The notes under the pieces: model-generated
Databases searched by the model: none
What the model saw: the letters and a program-made list of their open reading frames with translations, nothing else
Told to the model about the DNA's origin: nothing
Shown: piece after piece, positions 8,764-17,806 of the stretch
Numbering within the stretch: the first letter of the stretch is position 1
How the letters are laid out: every line of letters starts with the position of its first letter
IMG/VR virus record: IMGVR_UViG_3300012286_000299
Location: 109,277-173,276 of that record
Strand: one strand, 5' to 3'
Source: a virus
Lineage: Duplodnaviria > Heunggongvirae > Uroviricota > Caudoviricetes
DNA length: 64,000 bases
Program-made: the position numbers and the translations under genes

Positions 8764-8924
8764 GATCATTTTACGTTATTGCATTAGCAATTATTTTATT
8801 ACCTATACCTTATTTTACAGGATTACCACAATGGTTAGCTTTAATACCAACTGCTTATTTGGTTTGGATATTTATAACCTCTTCTTGGTATGCTATTAAA
8901 CGTACATTCTTTAACAAAGACTAA
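8760..8924 (+). CDS. 54-aa membrane protein (below cutoff)
   Basis: ATGA coupling at the 5' end and TAATG coupling at the 3' end. Two hydrophobic segments. Confidence 0.5.
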   Translation: MRSFYVIALAIILLPIPYFTGLPQWLALIPTAYLVWIFITSSWYAIKRTFFNKD

Positions 8925-9403
8925 TGATCTACACAATACAAAAAGGAAGTCATAGGAGTACCTGGTTACCTAAATTTAATACAAATACAATAATAAACTT
9001 TAAGTTTAAATTTTTATCTGATCCTTCATATATTTTAGGTAATAAATTAGATCAAGAAGACACTAACAAAATATTTGGAATATCAGATTCATGGTATCAT
9101 CGTAGACATTCAGTTAGATTAGGTTGGAGATATGATGACAAATTGCAAAAATCTATACTTTGTGTGTATTACTACAGAGATAGTAAACATTATACTCAAG
9201 ATTTAGGTGAAATGTATCAAGATAAAACATATTATGGTTTTATATCAATGTATAAAGATGAGTACATGATAGCATGTTTAGGAGATGTAATAACAATTCC
9301 AAGAACATCAAAATGGTGGGGTCCTCGATATTTATTGTTCCCATACTTTGGGGGACAACAAGTGGCACCAAAACAATTTAAAATAGAATTAACAAACTGG
9401 TAA
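8924..9403 (+). CDS. hypothetical protein, first gene of the queD-queE block
   Basis: ORF track; ends 3 nt before queD; no motif recognised. Confidence 0.65.
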   Translation: MIYTIQKGSHRSTWLPKFNTNTIINFKFKFLSDPSYILGNKLDQEDTNKIFGISDSWYHRRHSVRLGWRYDDKLQKSILCVYYYRDSKHYTQDLGEMYQDKTYYGFISMYKDEYMIACLGDVITIPRTSKWWGPRYLLFPYFGGQQVAPKQFKIELTNW

Positions 9404-9405
9404 AA

Positions 9406-9882
9406 ATGGGAAAATATCAATCAACAAAATTATTCGAGAACTACTCAGTAGCTATCAGACAATGGAAAGCACAACACTCACATTGTCAATTACTTCACGG
9501 ATATGCTTTAGAATTTAAAGTATGGTTTGAATCAATCGAACCTTTAGAAGAAAATCAATTAGACGAAATGAACTGGATCATGGACTATGGTGGGTTTAAA
9601 GAACAACCACAAGGAAACGGTTTAAAAGCATGGATGGACTATATGTGGGATCATACTCTACTAATCGAGAAAGATGATCCGCAATTAGAAACATTCCAAT
9701 ACATGCAAGAATTAGGTTTGTGTCATTTAAGAGTTATGGATAAGATTGGAGCTGAATCAGCTGCTAAACTAGTCTTCGATAAATTCAATGATGTAATGTC
9801 TAAGAATGGAGGAGGTAGAGTAAAAGTAGTAAAAGTAGAGTGCTGGGAAGCTCCTAAGAATTCATCAATTTATGGAGAGTAA
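9406..9882 (+). CDS. queD: 6-carboxytetrahydropterin synthase (QueD/PTPS family)
   Basis: HSHCQLLHGYALEF matches the QueD Cx3HG(H/Y) core. Size and neighbourhood (queE, folE) fit. Confidence 0.8.
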   Translation: MGKYQSTKLFENYSVAIRQWKAQHSHCQLLHGYALEFKVWFESIEPLEENQLDEMNWIMDYGGFKEQPQGNGLKAWMDYMWDHTLLIEKDDPQLETFQYMQELGLCHLRVMDKIGAESAAKLVFDKFNDVMSKNGGGRVKVVKVECWEAPKNSSIYGE

Positions 9883-10747
9883 ATTTCTACAAGAGAATGG
9901 TTTTTTCGATGATAATACAGGAAAAATATCTCTAGCAGATAAATTAGAAGGTAAAACAAAACAGTATATGAAATTAAAAAGAATAGAAGATTACAACAAA
10001 ATACTGCCGATAGTAGAAGTCTATACAGCAGTACAATCAGAAGGAAGTAGAGCAGGATATCCTACAGTAGTAATTCGAACAAGTGGCTGTACTCACCGCT
10101 GCTGGTTCGGTGAAGGAGGTTGGTGTGATAGTCCATACACATCAATTCATCCAGAGAAAGGGAAATATTCATTCCAGAATATAATTGAAGCATACGACAG
10201 AAATCCTCACATCACAGAGATGATGTTAACTGGAGGATCACCAACAATGCATCCAGCATTAGTAAACGAATTAACACATTTTGCACATGAAAGAGGAATT
10301 TTTATTACTATGGAAACAGAGGGATCACATTACTTGGAAACAGACTTTCCGATTAATTTACTTAGCATTAGCCCTAAGTTTTCAAATTCAATTCCAGCAT
10401 TGGGAACCCGCACTCCAGGCGGTGACATCGTTGATGAAAAGATGGTTAAACAGCATAACAAACTTAGATTAAATTATGATGCAATGTCTAAGTCAATTGC
10501 GTATCATTCTGATTATCACCTGAAACCAGTGTGGGATGGAGAGGATGAAGGAGCATTGAAAGAGATTATGGCTTGCATTAAAATTCTAGATATTCCAGAA
10601 GACAAAGTTTGGTTCATGCCAGCAGGAGATTCAAGAGAGGCTTTATTCAAATCATATCCTAAAATGTTTGATTGGGTAAGAGATAATGGATATAGATTGA
10701 CTTGGAGACCACACATCATTGCATTTGAAGATAAAAGAGAAGTATAA
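9872..10747 (+). CDS. queE: 7-carboxy-7-deazaguanine synthase (radical-SAM QueE)
   Basis: VVIRTSGCTHRCWFGEGGWCDSPYT cluster loop and GGSPTMH. Overlaps queD by 11 nt. Confidence 0.8.
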   Translation: MESKFLQENGFFDDNTGKISLADKLEGKTKQYMKLKRIEDYNKILPIVEVYTAVQSEGSRAGYPTVVIRTSGCTHRCWFGEGGWCDSPYTSIHPEKGKYSFQNIIEAYDRNPHITEMMLTGGSPTMHPALVNELTHFAHERGIFITMETEGSHYLETDFPINLLSISPKFSNSIPALGTRTPGGDIVDEKMVKQHNKLRLNYDAMSKSIAYHSDYHLKPVWDGEDEGALKEIMACIKILDIPEDKVWFMPAGDSREALFKSYPKMFDWVRDNGYRLTWRPHIIAFEDKREV

Positions 10748-10753
10748 TATCAT

Positions 10754-10784
10754 TTGGATATTAAAATAGAATTTATTACATTTA
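10754..10784 (+). promoter_or_regulatory. promoter, TTG-N20-TACATTTA
   Basis: TTG at 10754-10756, 20-nt spacer, TACATTTA. Precedes folE. Confidence 0.5.
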
Positions 10785-10803
10785 CCTATTAAAAAAATTA
10801 TAA

Positions 10804-11499
10804 ATGACAGAAAATAGAAAAAAAGTCCACAACGATTTAGAAGTGGTACAAGTGGGATTTGCTAATGGTGTAGCACCTGGATTTCCCCTAAATGAGATTG
10901 AAAAACAAGGTATGATTGAGCAGGCTGCTGAAGCCTATGGTCAGTTTTTAACAGCATTAGGTTGTGATTGGAAAAATGATCCTAATAGTGCTGATACACC
11001 AAGACGTGTAGCTAAAGCCTATGTTAACGATCTATGGAAAGGTAGATATACTCCAATGTCTGAAATTACTTCATTCCCAAGTGATGGTTATGATGGGATT
11101 GTGATTGAAAGAAATATCCCTTTAACATCAATGTGTTCACATCACCACCAAACAATTGGAGGGGTAGTTCATATTGGGTATGTGGTAGGTGAAAATGGTA
11201 GAGTAATTGGTTTATCTAAATTAAACCGAATTGTAGAGCATTTTGGGCGTAGAGGTGCTATTCAAGAACAATTAACCTCTGCTATTCATCAAGCTGTAGA
11301 TAAAATTTGTGAAAATAATAGAGGTGTAATAGTTTCTATTGTTGGTACTCACAATTGCGTTTCTTGTAGAGGTGTTAAGCATCAAGGTGCTTCAATGATT
11401 ACAACTAAAGCATCAGGTGTTTTTATGGAGAATGGAAACTTAGCAAGAGAAGAATTCTTTGATTCAATTAAAATTAATAATGGTAATCATCCAGTATAA
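10804..11499 (+). CDS. folE: GTP cyclohydrolase I
   Basis: SMCSHHHQTIGGVVHIGYV (compare SMCEHHLVPF in E. coli FolE) and RRGAIQEQLT. Confidence 0.9.
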   Translation: MTENRKKVHNDLEVVQVGFANGVAPGFPLNEIEKQGMIEQAAEAYGQFLTALGCDWKNDPNSADTPRRVAKAYVNDLWKGRYTPMSEITSFPSDGYDGIVIERNIPLTSMCSHHHQTIGGVVHIGYVVGENGRVIGLSKLNRIVEHFGRRGAIQEQLTSAIHQAVDKICENNRGVIVSIVGTHNCVSCRGVKHQGASMITTKASGVFMENGNLAREEFFDSIKINNGNHPV

Positions 11500-11903
11500 T
11501 GGCTTTAAGAATTCATAATAAAATTTATTTAGGTTGGGATGATATTAATGATTTAATTGATACATTATGTTCAAAAATTATTACTGATCTTCCTAATATT
11601 GATTCAGTTCATGGTATAAAACGCGGTGGGTTAATTCCTGCCGTGTTGGTATCACATAAATTAGGTTTACCGTGGTCTGACGTGATGTTACCTAATACTT
11701 TAGTAATAGATGATATTTGTGATACTGGAGTTACTTTAAAAAATACAGTTGGAACTTATACGGCTGCTTTACATTATAAACCTCATACTTCTTGTTTTAT
11801 ACCTAATATTTATGCCCACGAACATAAAGGTGATGAATGGATTATCTACCCTTGGGAAAGAAAAGATTCAGAATCTATACAAGATTATTTAAAAACAAAA
11901 TAA
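11499..11903 (+). CDS. type-I phosphoribosyltransferase, Gpt (xanthine-guanine PRT)-like
   Basis: PRPP loop LVIDDICDTGVTL, plus RGGLIPA and WIIYPWE. TAATG coupling to folE. Confidence 0.8.
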   Translation: MALRIHNKIYLGWDDINDLIDTLCSKIITDLPNIDSVHGIKRGGLIPAVLVSHKLGLPWSDVMLPNTLVIDDICDTGVTLKNTVGTYTAALHYKPHTSCFIPNIYAHEHKGDEWIIYPWERKDSESIQDYLKTK

Positions 11904-11907
11904 AAAC

Positions 11908-12099
11908 ATGGCAAAAACTGAACAAATTCTCCAAATTACAGAAGTTATTTCAAATTTAGGAAAAGATCTTTTATCTGCAAATGAATCTAAAACAAATGCA
12001 TCATCTGAAGATCTACTTTTAATAGAACAAAATATTCAATATCTTGAAACTGTTTTACAAGAACATAAAGATAAACTTCAACAACTTATTTCTGAATAA
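11908..12099 (+). CDS. hypothetical coiled-coil protein
   Basis: ORF track. Confidence 0.55.
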   Translation: MAKTEQILQITEVISNLGKDLLSANESKTNASSEDLLLIEQNIQYLETVLQEHKDKLQQLISE

Positions 12100-12102
12100 T
12101 AA

Positions 12103-12492
12103 ATGACAGAAAATTTTGATCCAAATGCTCCTTCAAGAGGATTAGGTGATACAATTGCTAAATTTACTCATACAACTGGTATAGCTAAAGCTGTAGAAGT
12201 TGTAACGGGTGCTTTAGGAATAGAAGATTGTGGTTGTGGAAGAAGACAAGAATGGGTTAATAATTTAATTCCATATGAGAATCAGCCCAACCATAATGTT
12301 CAATATGATCCTAATAATGCTACAGAAGTAGAAGAAGGGATATATGAGGTAATGTATGAGATCCATGCTACTAAAGAAGGTAATAAATTTGATTACAAAG
12401 TAGGTGAAAAAATTTTGATAAATGAAAATCATTTATTATATTCAAATTGGCCTTATTATATAATGATAGGCGCAGTTAAAAAACAAAATTAA
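12103..12492 (+). CDS. hypothetical protein
   Basis: ORF track; no motif recognised. Confidence 0.6.
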   Translation: MTENFDPNAPSRGLGDTIAKFTHTTGIAKAVEVVTGALGIEDCGCGRRQEWVNNLIPYENQPNHNVQYDPNNATEVEEGIYEVMYEIHATKEGNKFDYKVGEKILINENHLLYSNWPYYIMIGAVKKQN

Positions 12493-12501
12493 ATTAAAGT
12501 T

Positions 12502-13026
12502 ATGATTACAAAACCCAATGTACCTTTTATTGACGAGGTAGAAGAATTTAATGCCGTGATGGGCAAACCAAACAATTATGAACCAATTATTCCCGAAAGA
12601 AAAGAGTGGGAGTTCGTGTACAATTTCATCCTTGAGGAACTTGAAGAATATCGAGAAGCTTGCGAAGCAGGAAACATCGTGGAAGTTTTGGATGCTTTGT
12701 GCGATATTACTTATGTTGCCACTGGGAACGGTGCTATGCTACATGGCCTTAAGGGTAAGGTATGGCCGGCATATCAAGAAGTACAAGCTTCAAATTTATC
12801 GAAAGCTTGCCAAACTGAAGACGAAGCTAAAGCAACTGTCATTCAAAGATCGAGTGAACAAGGTGAAGAATGTCATTACGAAAAAGTTGGAGAATATTTC
12901 ATCGTATATCGAACAAGAGATAGAAAAGTAATGAAAAACGTAAATTACTTCAAACCAAACTTAAAACAATTCTTTACAGATAAAGAAATTCAAAAATCAT
13001 ATTTAATACAAATAACAGGAAATTAA
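12502..13026 (+). CDS. MazG-like all-alpha NTP pyrophosphohydrolase
   Basis: Acidic metal-binding helix pair EELEEYREACEAGNIVEVLDALCDITYV. Visibly GC-richer than its neighbours. Confidence 0.7.
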   Translation: MITKPNVPFIDEVEEFNAVMGKPNNYEPIIPERKEWEFVYNFILEELEEYREACEAGNIVEVLDALCDITYVATGNGAMLHGLKGKVWPAYQEVQASNLSKACQTEDEAKATVIQRSSEQGEECHYEKVGEYFIVYRTRDRKVMKNVNYFKPNLKQFFTDKEIQKSYLIQITGN

Positions 13027-13041
13027 TTTAAACTAGAAAAC

Positions 13042-13464
13042 ATGACAGCAATACAAGTATTAGGATTAATAGCATTTATAATAGCATTATCAGGTGTATT
13101 AGGGTTCTTATTTCAAGCCGGAAACGACGAAGAAGAAGAAGTTACATTTACTACTCCTGAGTATACTAAAGAAGAACTAGAAAATATTAAAGCTGCTGAA
13201 GCAGAATATAATAAACCTGTAGTAGCCGAAGAACTTGAAGTTACAGAACCTGAATTTGTAGCAAAAGGACTTAGTAGTACACCAGTAGCTCCGGAATTTC
13301 CAAACATAGGAAAGGATCTTACAAAAGTATTCCCACCAGATGCAACTATTAACACAGAAGAAATAGTAGAAACTAAATTGAAAAAGGTAAAAGAACCTAA
13401 ATCAGAGTTTCCAATTGATAAACCAAAGAAAAAAAGAAAATATTATCCTAAAAAAGCAAAATAA
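13042..13464 (+). CDS. membrane-anchored acidic protein with a Lys-rich tail
   Basis: N-terminal TM segment, EEEE/EELE-rich body, KPKKKRKYYPKKAK tail. Confidence 0.6.
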   Translation: MTAIQVLGLIAFIIALSGVLGFLFQAGNDEEEEVTFTTPEYTKEELENIKAAEAEYNKPVVAEELEVTEPEFVAKGLSSTPVAPEFPNIGKDLTKVFPPDATINTEEIVETKLKKVKEPKSEFPIDKPKKKRKYYPKKAK

Positions 13465-13539
13465 TATTAAATAAAGGTTAATTTTACATTATGGACTGAA
13501 TTAATTTAATTATTTTATAATCTGTCCATATTTATATGC

Positions 13540-14085
13540 ATGGATAAAAAAGTATGCAGTAAATGTAAAATTGAAAAAACTTTAGAAGAGTTTTCAATAG
13601 ATTTGTCTACTAAAAGTGGTAGAAAAAGTCAATGTAAAGAATGTAGAAAATTAATTTCTAAAAAGGAATATAAAAGTGATCCTTTATCTCATAATGTTAG
13701 AACTAGTGCTTATTATAAGGATAATAAAGAGTCTACTAGGAAGCAACAACGTGATTATGAAAGAAAACGTTTAAAAGTAGATCCCTTATTTAAATTAGGA
13801 AAATCAATGAGATGTCATTTGTATAGAATATTACAAGGACAAAAATCCATGAGTACTAAAGAATTATTAGGGTATAATGTTGAAGAATTAAAAATTCATA
13901 TTGAATCTCTTTGGGTAGAAGGAATGAATTGGGAAAATTGGGGTAAAGAATGGGAAATTGATCATATTTATCCTCTATCTCAATATTTAAAAGAAGGAGA
14001 AACTAGGCCTAGTATAATTAATAGTCTTAAAAATCTTCAACCTATAAGTAAAATTGAAAATCGAAAAAAATCAAATAAGTTATAA
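13540..14085 (+). CDS. HNH homing endonuclease (free-standing), paralogue of ORF 50911
   Basis: N-terminal CSKCK...CKEC zinc motif. C-terminal EIDHIYPLS...NLQPISKIENRKKSN. Abuts the polB start (TAATG). Confidence 0.8.
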   Translation: MDKKVCSKCKIEKTLEEFSIDLSTKSGRKSQCKECRKLISKKEYKSDPLSHNVRTSAYYKDNKESTRKQQRDYERKRLKVDPLFKLGKSMRCHLYRILQGQKSMSTKELLGYNVEELKIHIESLWVEGMNWENWGKEWEIDHIYPLSQYLKEGETRPSIINSLKNLQPISKIENRKKSNKL

Positions 14086-15812
14086 TGTATAAGAATATTG
14101 TTACGAATTCATTAGGGAAAAATAGATATAAGGTCATTTTATACACTGATGATGGAGTTGAAGAACATGAATTTCAAAATTATGCATATGAAGTGTGTAG
14201 CCAAAACCAGGCTACACATTTTGGTCTAAATGGAGAACCTTTAATGAAAACTACTTATTGGGATAAAACCAATCCCTTTATTCATTATCATGATATGCCT
14301 ATTCATCAAAAATTTTTAATTGATAAATATGGTACTAATGATGAACCCTCAACTACACATCAAGAAATATTTTTTGATATTGAGATTGAAATGGGAGGTG
14401 CTCTTACACCTGAGTACATTAGAAAAGCTCCAAAACCTGTTACTTCAATTGCTTGGTGGCATAAACAAGAAGATAAATGGTATATTTTAATTTTAGATAA
14501 AGATAATAAAATTGAAAAAACTACTATAGAGAATAAATATATTATTCCTGTACCTAACGAAAGAGAATTATTAAATAAGTGGTTAAATTATTTGAACAAA
14601 GTTAACCCTGATATCTTAATTGGCTATAATAGTGATTACTTCGATATACCTTACCTATACTATAGAATACTAAATCAATTAGGTGAACGTAGAGCTAATG
14701 CTTTCTCTCCAATAGGTAAAGTTAAAGAACAAAAACATTCAAATGAATCAGGAATGGTTTTTTGGAATGAAGAACAACCTATAAGAATAGAAGGAATGTA
14801 TTCTTTGGATTACATTCGCTTACATAAAAAATATTCGTTTGCAGATGAACCATCTTATAAATTAGATGCTTTAGGAGAAAAGTATTGTAAATTAGGTAAA
14901 ATTGAATATGAAGGTAGTTTAGACAGATTATTTGAAACTGATAAAGAAAAATTCATTGAATATAACTTTCGAGATGTTGAAATCCTAAAAGCACTTGATA
15001 ATAAATTTAATTATATTAGTTTAACTAAAAATCTAGCTCATAAGGGTAAAATCCATTATGATGATGTTTATCAATCATCTAAAATTCATGATGGAGCTAT
15101 TTCAGCATTCTTATTATCAGAAGATATAATTCCTCCTTCACGAGATAGAAACCCAATTAAAAAAGCTAATTACGCTGGTGGTTATTTGTTTTGTCCTAAA
15201 GCAGGGTTATATCGCTATATGTTTGATGAGGATTTAACTTCACTATACCCATCAATTATTATGTCTCTTAACATTGGTAAAGAAACATTAATAGGTAGAA
15301 TTATTGATTTAAATGATAGAAACAATCATTTAGGTTTAAATGATTTAATAAATGATATTGAAGATAGACCTCGTACTATGGAATGGTTTACTAATAAAGA
15401 TAAGTTCAGTAAAATTGATTGGACTTCTTCTAAAGTAGTTAAACTAATTCAACAATATAATTTGGCTATCTCAGCAAATGGTGTTATCTTTCGTACAGAT
15501 AAAGAGTCTGTATTATCAACTATTCTGAATAAGTGGTTTGATGAAAGGGTTTTATACAAAAATAAAATGAAAGCTGCATATAAAGCAGGAGATACAGTAG
15601 GTGGTGAGAAATATCATTTATTGCAATATACAATGAAAATCTTACTTAATTCACTTTATGGTGCTACAGCATTACCTTCATTTAGATATGGGAATGTAAT
15701 TCTATCAGAAGCAATCACTTTAAGTGGACAACGTATTATTCAAGAATCAGCACTTTGTGCTAACAGACATATGAACAAAGTTATTCGTGGTGAAATTAAA
15801 TTAGAGATATAA
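14085..15812 (+). CDS. family-B DNA polymerase, N-terminal piece (exonuclease domain plus motifs A and B)
   Basis: ExoI FFDIEIE, ExoII IGYNSDYFDIPYL, ExoIII YNFRDVEIL, motif A DLTSLYPSII, motif B KILLNSLYG. Stops before motif C. Confidence 0.92.
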   Translation: MYKNIVTNSLGKNRYKVILYTDDGVEEHEFQNYAYEVCSQNQATHFGLNGEPLMKTTYWDKTNPFIHYHDMPIHQKFLIDKYGTNDEPSTTHQEIFFDIEIEMGGALTPEYIRKAPKPVTSIAWWHKQEDKWYILILDKDNKIEKTTIENKYIIPVPNERELLNKWLNYLNKVNPDILIGYNSDYFDIPYLYYRILNQLGERRANAFSPIGKVKEQKHSNESGMVFWNEEQPIRIEGMYSLDYIRLHKKYSFADEPSYKLDALGEKYCKLGKIEYEGSLDRLFETDKEKFIEYNFRDVEILKALDNKFNYISLTKNLAHKGKIHYDDVYQSSKIHDGAISAFLLSEDIIPPSRDRNPIKKANYAGGYLFCPKAGLYRYMFDEDLTSLYPSIIMSLNIGKETLIGRIIDLNDRNNHLGLNDLINDIEDRPRTMEWFTNKDKFSKIDWTSSKVVKLIQQYNLAISANGVIFRTDKESVLSTILNKWFDERVLYKNKMKAAYKAGDTVGGEKYHLLQYTMKILLNSLYGATALPSFRYGNVILSEAITLSGQRIIQESALCANRHMNKVIRGEIKLEI

Positions 15813-16075
15813 TGGCATTAAAAGGACAATCAATTAGAAACGGGGTTACTATTAATATAAATGGTGTTAAAGCCGAAAAACAATTAGTTATTGATTTATC
15901 TGAAAATTGGGATGAATCACAAGAAAGATTCTTTAAGAAAATGCTTAAACAAGGAGGAAAATGTAAAGTTAATGGAAACTCATTTGAAATTATCCTCAAA
16001 GAAAGATCTGATATAGATTCAAAAGGAAATAGACCTATTAATTTACCACCAGTACCAGGAGAAAGAACATTTTAA
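15812..16075 (+). CDS. 87-aa ORF inserted between the two polB pieces
   Basis: ORF track. TAATG coupling upstream and TAATATG downstream. No nuclease or intein motif recognised. Confidence 0.5.
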   Translation: MALKGQSIRNGVTININGVKAEKQLVIDLSENWDESQERFFKKMLKQGGKCKVNGNSFEIILKERSDIDSKGNRPINLPPVPGERTF

Positions 16076-16076
16076 T

Positions 16077-17012
16077 ATGAAACATTTAGAAGATACCCCA
16101 TGGTGGATATGTGATGAAGGTGATTTTAATTTTTGTGCTTATGTTGATACAGATTCTAATTATTTCAATGCTGAGCCATTATTGAAACATTTATATCCTG
16201 ATTTTGATGAAAAAACTGATCAAGAAAAAGATGATTTATTAGAGAAAGTAGCTCTTAAGTACCAAGATATTATAACTGAACACTATGATATACTTGCTAA
16301 AGAAGCCTTTAATATTAGTACACACCGATTAGAAATGAAAACTGAGTGTGTTATTCGTTCTGCTTATTTTAGAGCTACAAGACGTTATGCTCAATGGATT
16401 ACTAAAAAAGAAGGTATAGCAAAAGAGGAATTAGACATTAAAGGATTAGAATTTAAAAAAGCTAATTTCCCTAAATATTTTGGAAAGTTTTATCAAGAAA
16501 TTCTTGAATTAATCATTAAAGGTACTTCACAGAGTATTATAGATAAGAAAATTCATGAATTTAGACAAGAAGCAACCTCAACTGATATAGATTTTACCCT
16601 TATAGGTAACCCAACATCAGTTAAAACATTAAATGAGTATATAGCTTCCCACCCTAAACCAGGTAAAATATTATCTGAAATAAAATCAGGAGCTGGTGCA
16701 TCAGTTAAAGCTTCTATCAAACATAATGATTTATTACGATTTTGGCAATTAGATTCAAAACATAGTCAAATAGTACAAGGTGATAAAGTAAAATGGGTTT
16801 ATTTAAAAAATAACCCTTATAATATAGAAGCTATTGCATTTTTAGAATTTGATATGGCTGATAAAATCAAAGACTTCATTAATGAATATATTGATAGAGG
16901 GAAAAGTTTTGAAACTATATTACAGAAAAAACTACAAGGCTTCTATGATGACCTTGAATGGATGTTACCACCAGCAAATCCACTAATACATAAATTTTTT
17001 ACATTCAACTAA
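16077..17012 (+). CDS. family-B DNA polymerase, C-terminal piece (motif C plus thumb)
   Basis: YVDTDSNYF (motif C) lies 25 aa from the start. Same reading frame as the N-terminal piece. Confidence 0.88.
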   Translation: MKHLEDTPWWICDEGDFNFCAYVDTDSNYFNAEPLLKHLYPDFDEKTDQEKDDLLEKVALKYQDIITEHYDILAKEAFNISTHRLEMKTECVIRSAYFRATRRYAQWITKKEGIAKEELDIKGLEFKKANFPKYFGKFYQEILELIIKGTSQSIIDKKIHEFRQEATSTDIDFTLIGNPTSVKTLNEYIASHPKPGKILSEIKSGAGASVKASIKHNDLLRFWQLDSKHSQIVQGDKVKWVYLKNNPYNIEAIAFLEFDMADKIKDFINEYIDRGKSFETILQKKLQGFYDDLEWMLPPANPLIHKFFTFN

Positions 17013-17734
17013 TGGATAAAACAATATTAACACAAATAATTGAAAGCTTTTACTTAAATGGATTAACATCTCAAGTTAAATTTAAGGTAAAAAACAACGA
17101 AGCTCACATTAAATTTGCAGTCGACAATAAGGATTGCATAGGAGAAGTTATTGCGCCTATAACTTTAGAAGATTGCGAGATTGGTATTTTTAATACTAGT
17201 CAATTACTTAAATTAATTAATATAACTAATGATTTTATTGATTTAAAATTAGAAAAAAATGGTATTCACTTTTTAAAACTTCATATTAGTGATAACCAAT
17301 TTGATTTATCATATAATTTAAGTGATTTAGGGTTAATTCAAGATCCTGGTGTAGTTCCTAATTTACCTCCTCATGATTTAGAATTTGATATTAATTTTGA
17401 TTTTACTCAAAAATATATTAAAGCACATAACGCATTAGATAAACCACCTCGTTTTGAAATAGGTGTATCTAAAGATTTTAAAAATGATGAAGTTATAAAT
17501 TTCATGATTGGTGAAAAATCATCTTATTCAAATAAAGCAAATTTTGCAGAATCTGGGAAAATTATAAATAAAATAAAACCTATAGCATTTAGTGCTAATA
17601 ACTTTAGAGAAGTAATATCTGTAAATAAAAATGCAGTAGGTAAGGTATGTGTTTATAAAGATGGGTTGTTAAAAATTAATCTAGAAGAAGCAGGAGTAAA
17701 ATCAGAATATTTTCTTGTAGCTTTACATGAGTAG
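17012..17734 (+). CDS. putative sliding clamp (gp45/PCNA-like)
   Basis: Call rests on position and size only: 240 aa, coupled to polB, with the clamp loader downstream. Confidence 0.45.
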   Translation: MDKTILTQIIESFYLNGLTSQVKFKVKNNEAHIKFAVDNKDCIGEVIAPITLEDCEIGIFNTSQLLKLINITNDFIDLKLEKNGIHFLKLHISDNQFDLSYNLSDLGLIQDPGVVPNLPPHDLEFDINFDFTQKYIKAHNALDKPPRFEIGVSKDFKNDEVINFMIGEKSSYSNKANFAESGKIINKIKPIAFSANNFREVISVNKNAVGKVCVYKDGLLKINLEEAGVKSEYFLVALHE

Positions 17735-17806
17735 TAATATTTATGACAAATGACCTAAGGGCAATTAATAACGAGTAGCAAAAGCACTCACAAAACGTAA
17801 ATCAAT

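Noticed and set aside
15810-16076. Intein or classical intron-encoded homing endonuclease as the explanation for the polB interruption.
   Set aside because: There are no intein splice-junction residues and the insert is out of frame with stops. The 87-aa ORF has no endonuclease motifs. I could not recognise group-I core elements by eye, but a small intron is not formally excluded (kept as a check in the findings).
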